A stretch of 64,000 nt of DNA from Octopus bimaculoides (taxonomy: Eukaryota). The DNA is taken from contig NC_068986.1 in the NCBI RefSeq assembly GCF_001194135.2, forward strand, positions 37,756,761 to 37,820,760, read 5' to 3'. Below are positions 39,192 to 53,231 of the stretch, one piece after another; the stretch's first letter is position 1; the number at the start of each line of letters is the position of its first letter. The position numbers and the translations under genes were made by a program. A model generated the notes under the pieces. The model saw nothing but the letters and a program-made list of their open reading frames with translations. It searched no databases and was not told where the DNA came from.

Positions 39192-39405
39192 GGCGCATGG
39201 CATGTTTGTTAGGGTGTTGCACGAAGGACTGGGTAGTGCGTTGATCAAAACAACTCATCTCACCTTGCTCTGCAGTTACTTCGACACCTGACGTGTGGTA
39301 CACTGTGCACCTGTTCGGGCAACGTCGATTTTGATGGAGAGAGTCAGCTAATATATAGCACAAACATCTGATCACTACAAACAAATCATTTGTGTTCGCA
39401 TCCGA
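39192..39405 (+). mobile_element. SINE-like element (family F-related head, different tail)
   Basis: The ggcgcatggc..gttagggtgttg head and ttgatcaaaacaactcatctcaccttgctc block resemble the ttgagtaaagcacttcatttcacgttgctcc block of the 46145 element. Confidence 0.5.
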
Positions 39406-39611
39406 AGAGAGCAGTTTATTTCAAATTGGTGTATCATTTGCAATGATCGATTAAATGGAGCTGCTTGAAACGGCCGTAATGCACTAATACCTGGACATCC
39501 TTGTTACTTATTTGCTTTTTATTTATCTAACTTTGAGCTGTGCGGACAATAGTGAACAGACTTGGTGCCTCAACGCAAGTACCTAATTCAACTGAATCTT
39601 AAATATTTCTT

Positions 39612-39670
<59 letters not shown>

Positions 39671-40254
39671 TGATGTGTGTGTGTATTATATTGAAAAGGT
39701 TAAGAGGTTTTAGACGGGTAAAATTATATTTAAAAAAAAACAAAAAGAAAATGCTTTAAGACTTTACCATGGACAAAAGAATATATTTACATTTTTATCA
39801 GGATAGACCTCTCAAAGCATTTTTTTCTTTTTAGTTTTTTAATGTTTGTATGTGTATGCATTATGCATATGTATTTATCTGTGTGTATGTATGTGTGCGT
39901 GGGTGTGGGGGGTGCGTGTGCGCGCGTCAGTTTATAACCTCAGTCTAATAAACAAAACTTTTTATAGGTCTTGGTGATTTATTTGTACAAATTCATAAAA
40001 AAAGAATATTCCTTTTTTTCTGTGCAGAGTGTAGGATATATGATTGAATTGAATTGATCTCGGTATGTTATTGATATTATTGGTATTATTGTCACTAGTT
40101 TTATCGATTTTATTGATTGCTACTGGTATGTAAAGAGAAAAATGATAGTACCAGGCGGAATTCGAAGACAAAAGCGTGAAACTGGTGGCTATATTTCCAT
40201 GTATTCTTTTTAGCTCTAAACTTTGTTATTTCCATTAACCTTCGTTTCAATAAT

Positions 40255-40340
40255 AATCCTATCTGCTACAGGCACAAGGCCTGCAAGTTGCGGAGAGGTG
40301 ATTGGGGCTAGTCGACTACACAGACCTCAGTACTCGACTC
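40255..40340 (-). mobile_element. SINE family C, 3' tail fragment
   Basis: aataatcct..ctacaggcacaaggcctg.aa.ttg..gctagtcgactaca..gacctcagtact. Confidence 0.65.
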
Positions 40341-40500
40341 GTGTCCCTGTAACTTAGCGGTTCGGTAAAAGAACAATAGAATAAGTACCAGTTTTGTAAT
40401 TAAGTACTGAGGTCAAGTTTGTTCGATTAAACCTTTTAAGACGATACCCCAGAATGGCTTAGGGCCAATAACTAAAACAAGTAAAAGAGAGAAGATAAAA
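40341..40500 (+). mobile_element. SINE family A, 3' half
   Basis: gtccctgtaacttagcggttcggtaaaa..atagaataagtacc..actaaaacaagtaaaaga. Confidence 0.8.
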
Positions 40501-40571
40501 GAAGAAAGACAAAACAAAATGTTGATTTTCGTCATGTCTTGAATGCTTTGGAATTGATTAAAGATTAAGAA

Positions 40572-40718
40572 TGTCAGGATTGGACGGACGAAATGAAAAC
40601 TCGTCTAGTGTTAAGAAAACTAGCGACAGCAGAGCATGAGAAGTTTAGTAACTTCATATTGCTAAAAAAAAAGAACGCGTCCGACATAAATTTCACCGAC
40701 ACAATTGCTTGCTGGTGA
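40572..40718 (+). pseudogene. Ty3/gypsy (K02A2.6-like) gag N-terminal remnant
   Basis: Reads CQDWTDEMKTRLVLRKLATAEHEKFSNFILLKKKNASDINFTDTI, fitting the W.D..K.RLLLRKLG..EH..F...ILP..P....F.ET pattern of K02A2.6-like gag. Recognised from memory, not searched. Confidence 0.65.
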
Positions 40719-40839
40719 GTACGTACCACTGACGAAGCGTAAAGTGGCAGAAATGCGCATCCGGGAATACCACTACTACTACTAGACGATTTTCGTCTGC
40801 TACTGATATATTTGTGTTATTTCTCAGAAGAAATACACA

Positions 40840-40876
<37 letters not shown>

Positions 40877-41185
40877 CGCGTGTGTGTCTGTGTGCATTCT
40901 TAATTACCTATTTACTTATTTACTTTAAAGTAATCAACCATTAACAGTTTGTTTCTTGACAGGGGGCATATATTTTCGGTGCGAAGAACAAATCTTGTAT
41001 TACACAGAACTTAAAACCGATTAATACTCGCCAGCTTAAAATCTTAATTGCTAACATGCTTCCCACCGTTTCACTTCTGATTTTCTCTAAATCTCATTAT
41101 ATGTTTTGTGCGCTTGTGTGTAACTAAGTTATGTATATACACACGTGCGAACGCACATACAAACACGCACACACACACACACACA

Positions 41186-41225
<40 letters not shown>

Positions 41226-41977
41226 NNNNNNNNNNNNNNNNNNNNNNNNNNNNNNNNNNNNNNNNNNNNNNNNNNNNNNNNNNNNNNNNNNNNNNNNNNN
41301 NNNNNNNNNNNNNNNNNNNNNNNNNNNNNNNNNNNNNNNNNNNNNNNNNNNNNNNNNNNNNNNNNNNNNNNNNNNNNNNNNNNNNNNNNNNNNNNNNNNN
41401 NNNNNNNNNNNNNNNNNNNNNNNNNNNNNNNNNNNNNNNNNNNNNNNNNNNNNNNNNNNNNNNNNNNNNNNNNNNNNNNNNNNNNNNNNNNNNNNNNNNN
41501 NNNNNNNNNNNNNNNNNNNNNNNNNNNNNNNNNNNNNNNNNNNNNNNNNNNNNNNNNNNNNNNNNNNNNNNNNNNNNNNNNNNNNNNNNNNNNNNNNNNN
41601 NNNNNNNNNNNNNNNNNNNNNNNNNNNNNNNNNNNNNNNNNNNNNNNNNNNNNNNNNNNNNNNNNNNNNNNNNNNNNNNNNNNNNNNNNNNNNNNNNNNN
41701 NNNNNNNNNNNNNNNNNNNNNNNNNNNNNNNNNNNNNNNNNNNNNNNNNNNNNNNNNNNNNNNNNNNNNNNNNNNNNNNNNNNNNNNNNNNNNNNNNNNN
41801 NNNNNNNNNNNNNNNNNNNNNNNNNNNNNNNNNNNNNNNNNNNNNNNNNNNNNNNNNNNNNNNNNNNNNNNNNNNNNNNNNNNNNNNNNNNNNNNNNNNN
41901 NNNNNNNNNNNNNNNNNNNNNNNNNNNNNNNNNNNNNNNNNNNNNNNNNNNNNNNNNNNNNNNNNNNNNNNNNNNNN

Positions 41978-42010
<33 letters not shown>

Positions 42011-43040
42011 TGTATGTGTGTGTACACACACACACATATATATATTTATATGTACATAGTAATAATATTAGGGAATAAAAAATTATTCCAACCTTACAGG
42101 TAAAATTCAGTATAATATTAGACCGAATTTCGTAATATATAATATATATCTATATAACTATTTTAGAGACGAACCACCACTCTACAACTCAGTCAACGAA
42201 GAACCCGTCCAAAACCATGCTGAGAGACATATGCCATATAAATACTGATCTATGATTTTAATTTAAAATTTTAATAATTCTAATAATATATAATATATCA
42301 TACAAAGAAACATTCATCATAAAAATATTAATCTAAAAATCAAGTAAAGTATAAATTCGACAGTAAAAATTAATACAATAATATAATGTATAAAAGTATA
42401 AAGTATAAAAGTCAGTACTAGTACATAGACTACGCGCGTTTCATGGCTGAATTAGGACTATATAAAATCATAAGAAAATTCTGTCAAATTTGCTTATCCC
42501 CGTATACACACATATACATGTATATACATATATATTCAAATATACATGTGTTTGCATATTTGTGAACGTGTTTGGGTGTAGTTTAGTGTGGAGGGGGTGA
42601 ACTAAGGATTTTGACTGTATCAGGTTGAAAAGGGGTTAGGTTGCTGAGAAGATCTATTCTATTTCTTAATTATTCTTTTACGTATTCGGCTAAGATTTAT
42701 TTTTAAAAATGTAAAACATCAAAAACTCATTAACATTTATTTGTTTAACGAAGCGTCTCATATTACTTTTAATTTTATTCCTGTGAGATTTATAGATATT
42801 TAAATCAACCAGTTCTGACATCAGGAGAATTTAGTTATAAAACCAAGATAATAAATAACAGTAAGAATTAAAGTACGCTTAGGCGCGCGAGATAGCTGAG
42901 TCTAGAAACTATCTGTCAGAAATATATATTATTAGAACTTAATTTGTTGGTTTTTATAATGTGCTTTAAGTTCAAAAACACTCGAGGTTAACTTTGTCTT
43001 TCATTTCAAATCAGGCACTCTCCCAACCCCTATATATATA

Positions 43041-43240
43041 GTCTTCTATTTGTTTCAGTCATTTTACTGCGGTCATGCTGGAGCACCGCCTTTAGTCGAA
43101 CAAATCAACACCAGGACTTATTCCTTGTAAGCCTAGTACTTATTCTATCAGTCTCTTTTGCCGAACCGCTAATTTACGGGGACGGCAACACACCAAGATC
43201 GGTTGTCAAGCGACGGTGGGAGGACAAACACAGACACACA
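43041..43240 (-). mobile_element. SINE family A, 3' half; internal (TA)n runs into an N-gap
   Basis: tttgtttcagtcattttactgcggtcatgctggagcaccgcctttagtcga..gccgaaccgctaa.ttacgggga..gttgtcaagcga.ggtggg.gacaaacacagacac. Confidence 0.9.
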
Positions 43241-43241
43241 A

Positions 43242-43274
<33 letters not shown>

Positions 43275-44385
43275 NNNNNNNNNNNNNNNNNNNNNNNNNN
43301 NNNNNNNNNNNNNNNNNNNNNNNNNNNNNNNNNNNNNNNNNNNNNNNNNNNNNNNNNNNNNNNNNNNNNNNNNNNNNNNNNNNNNNNNNNNNNNNNNNNN
43401 NNNNNNNNNNNNNNNNNNNNNNNNNNNNNNNNNNNNNNNNNNNNNNNNNNNNNNNNNNNNNNNNNNNNNNNNNNNNNNNNNNNNNNNNNNNNNNNNNNNN
43501 NNNNNNNNNNNNNNNNNNNNNNNNNNNNNNNNNNNNNNNNNNNNNNNNNNNNNNNNNNNNNNNNNNNNNNNNNNNNNNNNNNNNNNNNNNNNNNNNNNNN
43601 NNNNNNNNNNNNNNNNNNNNNNNNNNNNNNNNNNNNNNNNNNNNNNNNNNNNNNNNNNNNNNNNNNNNNNNNNNNNNNNNNNNNNNNNNNNNNNNNNNNN
43701 NNNNNNNNNNNNNNNNNNNNNNNNNNNNNNNNNNNNNNNNNNNNNNNNNNNNNNNNNNNNNNNNNNNNNNNNNNNNNNNNNNNNNNNNNNNNNNNNNNNN
43801 NNNNNNNNNNNNNNNNNNNNNNNNNNNNNNNNNNNNNNNNNNNNNNNNNNNNNNNNNNNNNNNNNNNNNNNNNNNNNNNNNNNNNNNNNNNNNNNNNNNN
43901 NNNNNNNNNNNNNNNNNNNNNNNNNNNNNNNNNNNNNNNNNNNNNNNNNNNNNNNNNNNNNNNNNNNNNNNNNNNNNNNNNNNNNNNNNNNNNNNNNNNN
44001 NNNNNNNNNNNNNNNNNNNNNNNATATATATATATATATATATATATATAACTTCCTAGATTCTAAGCAAGGATTGAAAACAGATTCTGTATTTTTCTAT
44101 CAGTTTCTTTCTTGTTGTTACACGGATTTTGCCTCGTGGTCATCTAATCGACTTCAGAACCTATGTTTATTTTAACCACCTGATTAGTTATTCACATATA
44201 TTCGGTATGGTCATTGAATTTACTGTAGCCAGCGATGGCCGTTGGCACCTTACGCTTGCTATATTTTGGACTTATACTTAGCGAATGCACTAATTTTCTT
44301 TTGTGTGGAGCAGTAGTAAATGAAGTGCATTGCTCAAAGACAAAGAGTGCCATCCAGGAATCGAACCCACGTCATCGACAAATGA

Positions 44386-44421
<36 letters not shown>

Positions 44422-44502
44422 CTGTGTGTCTGTGTGTGTCTGTGTGTGTGTGTATATACAGAGGGAGAGAGATTTATATGTGCTTATGTGTGCGGGCGAG
44501 CT

Positions 44503-44540
<38 letters not shown>

Positions 44541-45490
44541 AGTGTGCGTGCATCTGTACGTGTTTGTACATTTGTGTATGTGCGAGACATGTGTAATCAT
44601 GTGNNNNNNNNNNNNNNNNNNNNNNNNNNNNNNNNNNNNNNNNNNNNNNNNNNNNNNNNNNNNNNNNNNNNNNNNNNNNNNNNNNNNNNNNNNNNNNNNN
44701 NNNNNNNNNNNNNNNNNNNNNNNNNNNNNNNNNNNNNNNNNNNNNNNNNNNNNNNNNNNNNNNNNNNNNNNNNNNNNNNNNNNNNNNNNNNNNNNNNNNN
44801 NNNNNNNNNNNNNNNNNNNNNNNNNNNNNNNNNNNNNNNNNNNNNNNNNNNNNNNNNNNNNNNNNNNNNNNNNNNNNNNNNNNNNNNNNNNNNNNNNNNN
44901 NNNNNNNNNNNNNNNNNNNNNNNNNNNNNNNNNNNNNNNNNNNNNNNNNNNNNNNNNNNNNNNNNNNNNNNNNNNNNNNNNNNNNNNNNNNNNNNNNNNN
45001 NNNNNNNNNNNNNNNNNNNNNNNNNNNNNNNNNNNNNNNNNNNNNNNNNNNNNNNNNNNNNNNNNNNNNNNNNNNNNNNNNNNNNNNNNNNNNNNNNNNN
45101 NNNNNNNNNNNNNNNNNNNNNNNNNNNNNNNNNNNNNNNNNNNNNNNNNNNNNNNNNNNNNNNNNNNNNNNNNNNNNNNNNNNNNNNNNNNNNNNNNNNN
45201 NNNNNNNNNNNNNNNNNNNNNNNNNNNNNNNNNNNNNNNNNNNNNNNNNNNNNNNNNNNNNNNNNNNNNNNNNNNNNNNNNNNNNNNNNNNNNNNNNNNN
45301 NNNNNNNNNNNNNNNNNNNNNNNNNNNNNNNNNNNNNNNNNNNNNNNNNNNNNNNNNNNNNNNNNNNNNNNNNNNNNNNNNNNNNNNNNNNNNNNNNNNN
45401 NNNNNNNNNNNNNNNNNNNNNNNNNNNNNNNNNNNNNNNNNNNNNNNNNNNNNNNNNNNNNNNNNNNNNNNNNNNNNNNNNNNNNNNNNN

Positions 45491-45524
<34 letters not shown>

Positions 45525-45820
45525 CACACACACACACATACACACGCATATATGTATATATACATGAGTGATTGATTTTGAAGGATTTTACTGAAACAAC
45601 CCAGAGATCACAACGACCTACAACATTCCTCAAATATTGTCCGAACAAAACGAAAGGAAGGAAAAAAAGAAAGAGAGAAAGAAATAAAGAAGGAGAGAGT
45701 GAGTAAGAAAAAGGGAGAGAGGTAGAGGAAGAAATTTCTGAAATGAAATGTTTATTTAATAAAGGTTATTTTTCTTTGAATCCCTTTGGTTGTCTGCAGA
45801 TATATTTTTTTCTATGTTTT

Positions 45821-46140
45821 AATTGTTTCAGTCATTAGACTGTGGCCATGCTTGGGCACCACATGGAAGACTTTTATTCCAATGCATCGACTCCAGCACT
45901 TAAATTTATAAAAAAAAAACGAAGCTTGGTACTTATTCTATCGGTTTCGTTTGCTGAGCTGCTATATTACAGGGACGTAAGTACATCAATGCTGGTTGTC
46001 AAACGGTAGTGATACACACACACACGATTAGCTTTTTTAGTTCCTGTCTACCAAATCCATTCAGGAGGCTTTGGCGCTACGCGGGGAGATTGAAGCGGGA
46101 ACCACGTGGTTGGGAAACAAACTTCTTACCTCACAGCCAC
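45821..46140 (-). mobile_element. SINE family A, degenerate with internal deletion
   Basis: ttgtttcagtcatt.gactgtggccatg...gtacttattctatcggt...ctgtctaccaaatcca...gaaccacgtggttgggaa.caa.cttcttacc.cacagccac. Confidence 0.82.
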
Positions 46141-46144
46141 GCAA

Positions 46145-46378
46145 TCGCGATCACGTGACCGACCCCGGTGGCAATGTGTTTGTGCATTGTTTCAGCCTTC
46201 AAATGACGCCACTCCGCTGGCTAGACGAGCAGGCCAATATTTTCCCCTTGATCGAGAAGGGGTAACTGGAGCAACGTGAAATGAAGTGCTTTACTCAAGA
46301 ACACAACGTGCTGCGCAATGAGGGAATCGAACCCACGATCTTACGATCGTGATTGCAACAGTCTAACCACTGGGCCAC
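46145..46378 (-). mobile_element. tRNA-headed SINE family F
   Basis: Minus-strand head gtgtggcccagtggttagact..gtgggttcgattccc, then gtgttcttgagtaaagcacttcatttcacgttgctccag (resembles SINE central CORE-type domains), then a tail ending in gtcacgtgatcgcg. Confidence 0.75.
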
Positions 46379-46767
46379 ACAATAAGTTTCTAATATATCT
46401 TTAACAAGGCACAAATATCCTTAGGTTTCTTATACACCCCTGACTAGGCGCAAAGGATACAGTTGCTTGAATCTTTTACATTATATTGTTATCATTCATC
46501 TTATTAAACCCCACAAGGAACGCTGCCTCTCCTTGAGATTTTAAATCATGTCTTAATACTGTTAGATACATATAGTACAATTTCTTGACCCAAGGACGAC
46601 AGATTAAAAAATATACGTACAGATATCTGTATTTATGGAGAAGAGGATATAGAATGTTGTAGTGCTATATGTCATGTCGTCAATTCATCGTTTTTTTTTT
46701 GTTTTGTTCTTTTTTTATTTTAATATTTTTTAGCTATTAATAGTGAGATACTATTGGTATATTTTCT

Positions 46768-46870
46768 CGGTAAACTTTACTGGTGGTGAACATTCCTCGC
46801 GGTAAACTTTCTTCACGGTGAATTGATGGCGGTTAATTTTTCGTGCGGTGAATTGATGGCGGTGAACTTA
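46768..46870. repeat. Array of 7 degenerate YGGTDAA-containing units with 14-17 bp period
   Basis: cggtaaa / tggtgaa / cggtaaa / cggtgaa / cggttaa / cggtgaa / cggtgaa. Confidence 0.75.
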
Positions 46871-46949
46871 TCTGTAATCGCAATATGTAGCATTATTGAA
46901 AAGAAATGGTTTCAAATAACAATTGAAACCGTGTACTAATATTCTTTCT

Positions 46950-47230
46950 TAGATTGACAAAGCACCGCGGTATACAAAGAGGCACATAGTCGTTTGAATC
47001 AACTGAAGACGATTAGATGTAGAAATATGAGTAACGCTACGATATTTTCAAAATACATTTGGGTTTTGAAAAACTGACGAGAAGCTAATTCTACATTGTT
47101 ACAAAATCTAAATCATGACACGGCTGCTGTAATTACTGTCACTAATGCATGAAAAAGAAGCCCAAGTTTCTTGTACTAACTGACGTTGTGTTGGATATCC
47201 GAGAAGACACCGTTTCTCCTCGTTTTCAAG
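46950..47230 (+). mobile_element. Possible Penelope-like endonuclease C-terminal remnant
   Basis: SNATIFSKYIWVLK resembles the PLE N.T.LSKYIW.LK motif, and a downstream C-x-*-C-M-K-K resembles C.LC..EK. Heavily decayed. Confidence 0.35.
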
Positions 47231-48519
47231 CAAGAAATACAAACTTCATGTCTACAAGCATATTTCTGTGCCTAAGTTCTTTGGATTGTAAGTTGGTCGA
47301 ATTTAGATTCGATTCGTGAGGGCACTGAGAAAATTGGTACTCAAATTCGATCCGAAATTTGGGACTAAACGTAGACCACTTCTAAATAGTGAACTAAAGT
47401 TGTTTGCCTTTCAAAGGAAAACTGAGTTTTTCTTTCTGTTTTTTTTTTTAATATTTTTGTTTTTGTTGATTATAAACATTTTCCTGTTATGAATTTTTCC
47501 AGTGCTTAATTACCACCTCCTGTCCCCTAACTTTTCCTTGTATTTTAACGTTTAACTCATGACCAAAAGTTAAGCACCGAAACGGTGAAATCGAGGCGCT
47601 ATTTTCTATTTTCAAGGTTTCTTTCAATGTAGCCGGATGACAAAGAACAATGCATTAATATATATCTATACATACATACATACAAACATATATGTGTATA
47701 TATACACGAATATATATATATATNNNNNNNNNNNNNNNNNNNNNNNNNNNNNNNNNNNNNNNNNNNNNNNNNNNNNNNNNNNNNNNNNNNNNNNNNNNNN
47801 NNNNNNNNNNNNNNNNNNNNNNNNNNNNNNNNNNNNNNNNNNNNNNNNNNNNNNNNNNNNNNNNNNNNNNNNNNNNNNNNNNNNNNNNNNNNNNNNNNNN
47901 NNNNNNNNNNNNNNNNNNNNNNNNNNNNNNNNNNNNNNNNNNNNNNNNNNNNNNNNNNNNNNNNNNNNNNNNNNNNNNNNNNNNNNNNNNNNNNNNNNNN
48001 NNNNNNNNNNNNNNNNNNNNNNNNNNNNNNNNNNNNNNNNNNNNNNNNNNNNNNNNNNNNNNNNNNNNNNNNNNNNNNNNNNNNNNNNNNNNNNNNNNNN
48101 NNNNNNNNNNNNNNNNNNNNNNNNNNNNNNNNNNNNGATAATTGTCAAAATTCTGGCAGTGTGCCAGTGTTTGAATGTGTTCCCATAATCGCTCTTTGAG
48201 TGGTTATCTACACCCAGTTAAAAGTGTGCGTTCTATTAAACATTACCAATTGAGGGTAAAGGGAATAGGTCTTAGGAAAAGGGAGATAAACAATGAAAAA
48301 CAAAAAAAATTGATCGCCTTGATGTTTTTTTCTTTTTTTCTTTTCCCATTTTTTTTGTTTAGTTTGAAATGAATCCTTATTCAGTCGACCATATCTTTTT
48401 TTTTTTTTTCTTTTCATCTTTTGTCTTTATATTTGTTTCAGTTTTTGGACTGCAGCCCATGTCGGGGCACTAGAACATTGGAAAAGAGTTACCTTTATCA
48501 TGATAATTTGCGCCGTGTG

Positions 48520-49084
48520 TCAAAATGCCGATGTCACAATTGCTGTTCAATGCTCTGTGAACACTGCAAAGGCTGTAAGACGTTTAGTAGATAGCTACAA
48601 CGAATAAAACGAAAACATGGTGAGCAGAAAGAGACAAAGCAGGTGTTCTGATAGCGTTTGCACGCCTGAATTCAACCCCACATTTTTGAAGAGAGCCTTA
48701 GGCTCAGTTCAGACAGCTGTGTATAAAGTCGTGGTCAAATCTTGGCTGGAGAGGATTGCTGCTGGAAGTCCATATATGTGGCAGTAAGATTCGAGGGATT
48801 ACCATGCCTCCAGAAAAGGTCAGAAGCGGCTGTCGGAGAATTTCTACGACTCCATCAGCTCCAATTTCTGAGATCCTTATTCCTCCGATTGTAGTTCCAT
48901 AGCTTACCATGTGTAAGTGCACGGTTGAGAAAGACACTGACTGTTCTGTCTACCATGACAAAGCCGAACCGATGGTCAAGATCAAGGAGGTGTTCGTAGA
49001 TGTTCCCAAGAACACAGTGAAGAACGCAGGTTCTGGAGCTGTCTTCAGGCTACGGTGGGAACCGAGGGTGGCTACTTCATGTAA
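48520..49084 (+). pseudogene. Internally deleted Tc1/mariner DD37D (maT-type) transposase remnant
   Basis: Reads PHIFEESLRLSSD / VVKSWLERIAAGSPYMWQ*DSRDYHASRKGQKRLSENFYDSISSNF*DPYSSDCSSIAYHV..VEKDT..KIKEVF / EGGYF*. There are 37 residues between the QQD aspartate and the third catalytic position (now Ala, gct). Confidence 0.88.
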
Positions 49085-49874
49085 AATTTTATTTCCCAGC
49101 CATAATTTAGTTGATATTTTTTAATTTTTGTGAATACTTTTATTTTTGGGTGGGATATTATAATGTCTCTTCTTTTTTATGCAAACTGTCAAAGTTAACC
49201 CGAACACTATGTGTTATGTTAAGTACTTTTAATACAATCAAAATTTAAAAACAACAAAACACAACGCATAGCTAAGGCACACAGATCTGCACTCGGTAGT
49301 GCAGTGAATGCAGGCAATAAATATAAAACAACCAAATAATAATAATAATAATCGTGGAAGAACAAGAATGAGGAGAAAGAATTTAAAAACTAATTAAGAA
49401 TGTTTCTTTATAAATAGTATCTAAATGATATGTTATCTTATGTTTAAATAATGTACTCCGTTGGGGATGTAGAACTAATGCTTATACGACTGGGTAGATA
49501 GTAACCATTATATGTAAACACATATTTTTAAATACACTGGCAGTGCAGAAATTCAACCACTACGAAATACAAACTGTACTGAAACGGAACCAATGGAGGA
49601 ATCTGTACGTGGTTGCTTGATGTTTTTCCTAAATTTTTATATGAATATTTCCGTCTTTCATTTGTTTCAATCATTGGACTGCGGCCATGTTGTGGCACTG
49701 CCTTGTAAAAGAACCCCAGAACTTTTTAAAGTCACTTTTGCCGAATCACTATGTTACGAGTACTTAAACAAAAGCAGAAACTTTGAATCTACAGAATACA
49801 ACATTTTTTGGAACCGTAACCACTCGGGCATCCATCTTGCTATAGTCGACCATACGCAAGAGACGATCCAACAG

Positions 49875-50262
<388 letters not shown>

Positions 50263-50442
50263 CAAACAACAGAACGGATTACAAACGCTGTGTAAGCGAA
50301 GTCAATAATACACCTTATTATCGATCGCCCCGAAAATTCCAACAAATGGCAGAGCTTCCAGTTAACTTGACATCCTGTTCACAGGAAATAATCATTCATG
50401 ACAGAAACACTTATGCAGAGAACGAATAATAATAATAATAAC

Positions 50443-50514
<72 letters not shown>

Positions 50515-50930
50515 CGAGATGTTAAGAAGCAAACGTCTTTCGAAGTTATATGTTAATTCTGTGAGGCCCCTTCACCCTTAAGTTATATTNNNNNNNNNNN
50601 NNNNNNNNNNNNNNNNNNNNNNNNNNNNNNNNNNNNNNNNNNNNNNNNNNNNNNNNNNNNNNNNNNNNNNNNNNNNNNNNNNNNNNNNNNNNNNNNNNNN
50701 NNNNNNNNNNNNNNNNNNNNNNNNNNNNNNNNNNNNNNNNNNNNNNNNNNNNNNNNNNNNNNNNNNNNNNNNNNNNNNNNNNNNNNNNNNNNNNNNNNNN
50801 NNNNNNNNNNNNNNNNNNNNNNNNNNNNNNNNNNNNNNNNNNNNNNNNNNNNNNNNNNNNNNNNNNNNNNNNNNNNNNNNNNNNNNNNNNNNNNNNNNNN
50901 NNNNNNNNNNNNNNNNNNNNNNNNNNNNNN

Positions 50931-51000
<70 letters not shown>

Positions 51001-51354
51001 GCTTCATTTATTCACTCACATCATCACCTTCATCGATTCTATCTTTCTACATTTCTGCTTATATATACACACATACAAAATTGTGTGTATAACGCATATT
51101 CACGTACACACAAGCACGCGCACATATACACGCGCTCTCGAACGCACACACACACGCATACACACACACGCATACACACACGCACACACACACACACACA
51201 TATATATATACGCATGTATATCCGTGTGTGTGTACATGCGTATGTCTGTGTGTGCGCGTGTGTTTGTGTGTGTGTGTGTGTGTGTGCGTGTGTGTGTGTG
51301 TGTGTGTTTTCGCCCAGTTTCCGTCTGTTTTTTTCCTTCTCTGTCTAACTTTTG

Positions 51355-51385
<31 letters not shown>

Positions 51386-51763
51386 NNNNNNNNNNNNNNN
51401 NNNNNNNNNNNNNNNNNNNNNNNNNNNNNNNNNNNNNNNNNNNNNNNNNNNNNNNNNNNNNNNNNNNNNNNNNNNNNNNNNNNNNNNNNNNATATATATA
51501 TATAAACATATATGTATGTATGTATCTCTCTATATATGCATACATCTATGCACATACACACATACACATACACACACACATATACACACATACACATACA
51601 CACTTACACATATACACACTTACACATACACAGCACACATACACACACATGCCCTCTTCTCACTCGATACGTCCCGATAATTACAGCCTCCGGTTCAAAA
51701 CAAATGGAAATCACCACCTTAAAATGGACATCACTTATTGGTCCTGTTGCTGCTGTTGCTACT

Positions 51764-51814
<51 letters not shown>

Positions 51815-51899
51815 GGTACTTTTGATCTTGTGGTTACTACTTCAACTACTACTACTACTNNNNNNNNNNNNNNNNNNNNNNNNNNNNNNNNTTGCTACT

Positions 51900-51950
<51 letters not shown>

Positions 51951-52547
51951 GGTACTTTTGATCTTGTGGTTACTACTTCAACTACTACTACTACTACCAA
52001 CTCCTTCACTACTACTACTACTGATATGAGTTCTCCGAGGGTTCCGTTTTGTAGCTCGTTTACCTTGAGAATTGGTGTTAGTCTGTGTAGCACAACAAAC
52101 AACAATATGTTGGTGATTTTGTTTTTACTTATTTTGTTTTATTTGTTTGTTTGTTTTTTTACATTACTAAAAGCAATTTATTTAGAAATATAAAGGAAAT
52201 AGAGAAGAAATTGAAAAACTGGCGCATACACACAAAAATATACATACACACACACGCATACTGATTCCCAGTGATGCAAACATACAACGATAAAATGACG
52301 TATTTGTATATGTATGTATATATGTATGCGTATACGTATGCATACATATACATATATGCATTCATATTTACACATATATATGCGTACATATTCCTATATG
52401 TATATGTATACATACATACATACATACATACATACATACACACACATACACACACACATATATATATACACATACATGTATATACACATGTATATACACA
52501 GGGTGACGGATAGAGAACAGAAGTAAAAGATGTCAGACAAATAGACG

Positions 52548-52605
<58 letters not shown>

Positions 52606-52648
52606 CAGACGTAAAATATTAATCTGTTATATTTATACAGATATACGT

Positions 52649-52679
<31 letters not shown>

Positions 52680-52694
52680 ATAAATATATACATA

Positions 52695-52731
<37 letters not shown>

Positions 52732-53189
52732 GAGAGCACACGCACGCACGCACACACACACACACACACATACAAACACACACACGCACACACACTCACA
52801 CACACACACACACTCACACACTCACACACACACACACACAGATACTATCAACTACTAATTTCCAATTTTCTTTTCATCACTCGTTCCAACACTACTACAG
52901 CATGTTCATGTTACTCTTCTTCTTCCTCTTCCTCTCCCTCTTCTTCTTCTTTTTCTTCTTCGTCTCCTCCCTTCCTCCTCGACATCTCCTTCTATTCCTT
53001 CACTACCCTTTCTCCTACTCTCTTCATTTCACTCAGTCCCTATCTCTCTGTCTCCTGTTAATATTTCTACATTACTCTTCTTCACTATTTTTTCTTAATT
53101 TCCAGCCCTATCGACACTTTCATTCAGCCTTCAAGTTTCTTTCCCCCTCTCTCTATTTCTTTCTCTCTCGCTCTCATTCTCATTCTCTC

Positions 53190-53231
<42 letters not shown>

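Noticed and set aside
51765-52000. Direct duplication of a ~95-bp (CTA)n-containing block on both sides of a ~30-N gap
   Set aside because: Typical of unmerged overlapping contig ends rather than a real tandem duplication.
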